Below, one piece after another: positions 63,312 through 64,000 of a DNA stretch of 64,000 nucleotides. The notes under the pieces were generated by a model. That model saw only the letters and a program-made list of their open reading frames with translations. It searched no databases and had not been told where the DNA came from. The stretch is from Octopus sinensis (taxonomy: Eukaryota), in NCBI RefSeq assembly GCF_006345805.1, contig NC_043002.1:86180001-86244000 (forward strand), in the 5' to 3' direction. The first letter of the stretch is position 1; each line of letters begins with the position of its first letter. Made by a program: the position numbers and the translations under genes.

Positions 63312-63785
63312 ATACCCTGTGACCATCATATCTCAGCAAAAGAATTTGATAAGTTCAGAAAATATAAAGATTTGCTAATTGAAATCGAAAAGATGTGGCA
63401 TCTCAGGACGGTTACAATACCAGTGATTGTAGGAGCACTTGGAATGATCAAAAAAGGAACTGAAAATTATTTAAGAATGATCCCTGGCTTACCATCAATG
63501 CAGAAGTGCAAAAGATTGTCTTAACTGGTATTTTACATGTATTGAGAAGCGTGTTGTCACTGTGAATTTTCATTCCTTTTTCCCCCTTTATTTGTTTACT
63601 TTCCTATTTTTTATTTTTCCTTTTTCTCTCAGTCTTTCCCTTTTTCTCTATCACATAACTCTGTAATTGAACAATCTGGTATGTTTGTTTTAATGGCCTA
63701 CCAATGTATACAGTATGTTTTTCTGCCTTAGGTGTCAGAAAGACACTCAACAAGAAATGGAAACAGAATTGAAAGAAAATACTAA
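63312..63785 (+). mobile_element. R4/Dong-like LINE 3' fragment, second family
   Basis: IPCDHHISAKEFDKFRKYKDLLIEIEKMWHL...PVIVGALGMI...(fs)VQKIVLTGILHVLR; 3' UTR ends in (AAT)n. Confidence 0.85.
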
Positions 63786-63827
63786 TAAAAGTAATAATAT
63801 AATAATAATAATAATAATGATAATAAT

Positions 63828-63858
<31 letters not shown>

Positions 63859-63882
63859 ATTATTATTATTATTATCATTATT
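63783..63882. repeat. (AAT)n/(ATT)n microsatellite between two LINE tails
   Basis: Seen directly; orientation flips mid-tract. Confidence 0.9.
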
Positions 63883-64000
63883 GCCTTTGCACAGCTTCTA
63901 ATGCTGGAGATTTATTGCAGTGTCAGCTGTTCTCTACCAGTGACCTAAGGTAACACCTCTTATTTTTCGAGCACCTTCTGGAGTATTCGAGCAGTTCCAA
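63880..64000 (-). mobile_element. R4/Dong-like LINE 3' end, third family (runs off the window)
   Basis: Minus strand LGTARILQKVLEK* followed by a short UTR ending gcaaaggcaataat. Confidence 0.7.

Overview
AT-rich, repeat-dense animal genomic DNA. The SINE/LINE/MITE content and the microsatellite load point to a coleoid cephalopod, probably Octopus (inference). The only protein-coding exon I can support is a minus-strand exon at 59371-59882. It encodes about five ankyrin repeats that closely resemble the N-terminus of espin/forked and ends in a clean phase-2 GT donor. I recognised no later espin exon, so most of the window is probably a very large intron (>59 kb). The rest consists of several tRNA-derived SINE families, fragments of CR1/L2-group, RTE, R4/Dong and Penelope-like retroelements, mariner, piggyBac-like, Merlin/MULE-like MITEs, and long microsatellites. 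There are no rRNA genes, true tRNA genes or CRISPR arrays. Best leads: (1) a candidate minimal hammerhead ribozyme in a Penelope-like remnant; (2) a sharp CpG-depletion boundary near 49.5 kb suggesting a hidden promoter or nested transcription unit; (3) a near-perfect 85-bp foldback; (4) SINE multimers inserted as single events, and serial insertion into one target site; (5) three R4/Dong families sitting in (AAT)n tracts; (6) a shared SINE/LINE 3' tail. All alignments and counts were done by eye. I found no evidence for a wholly new multi-gene system.
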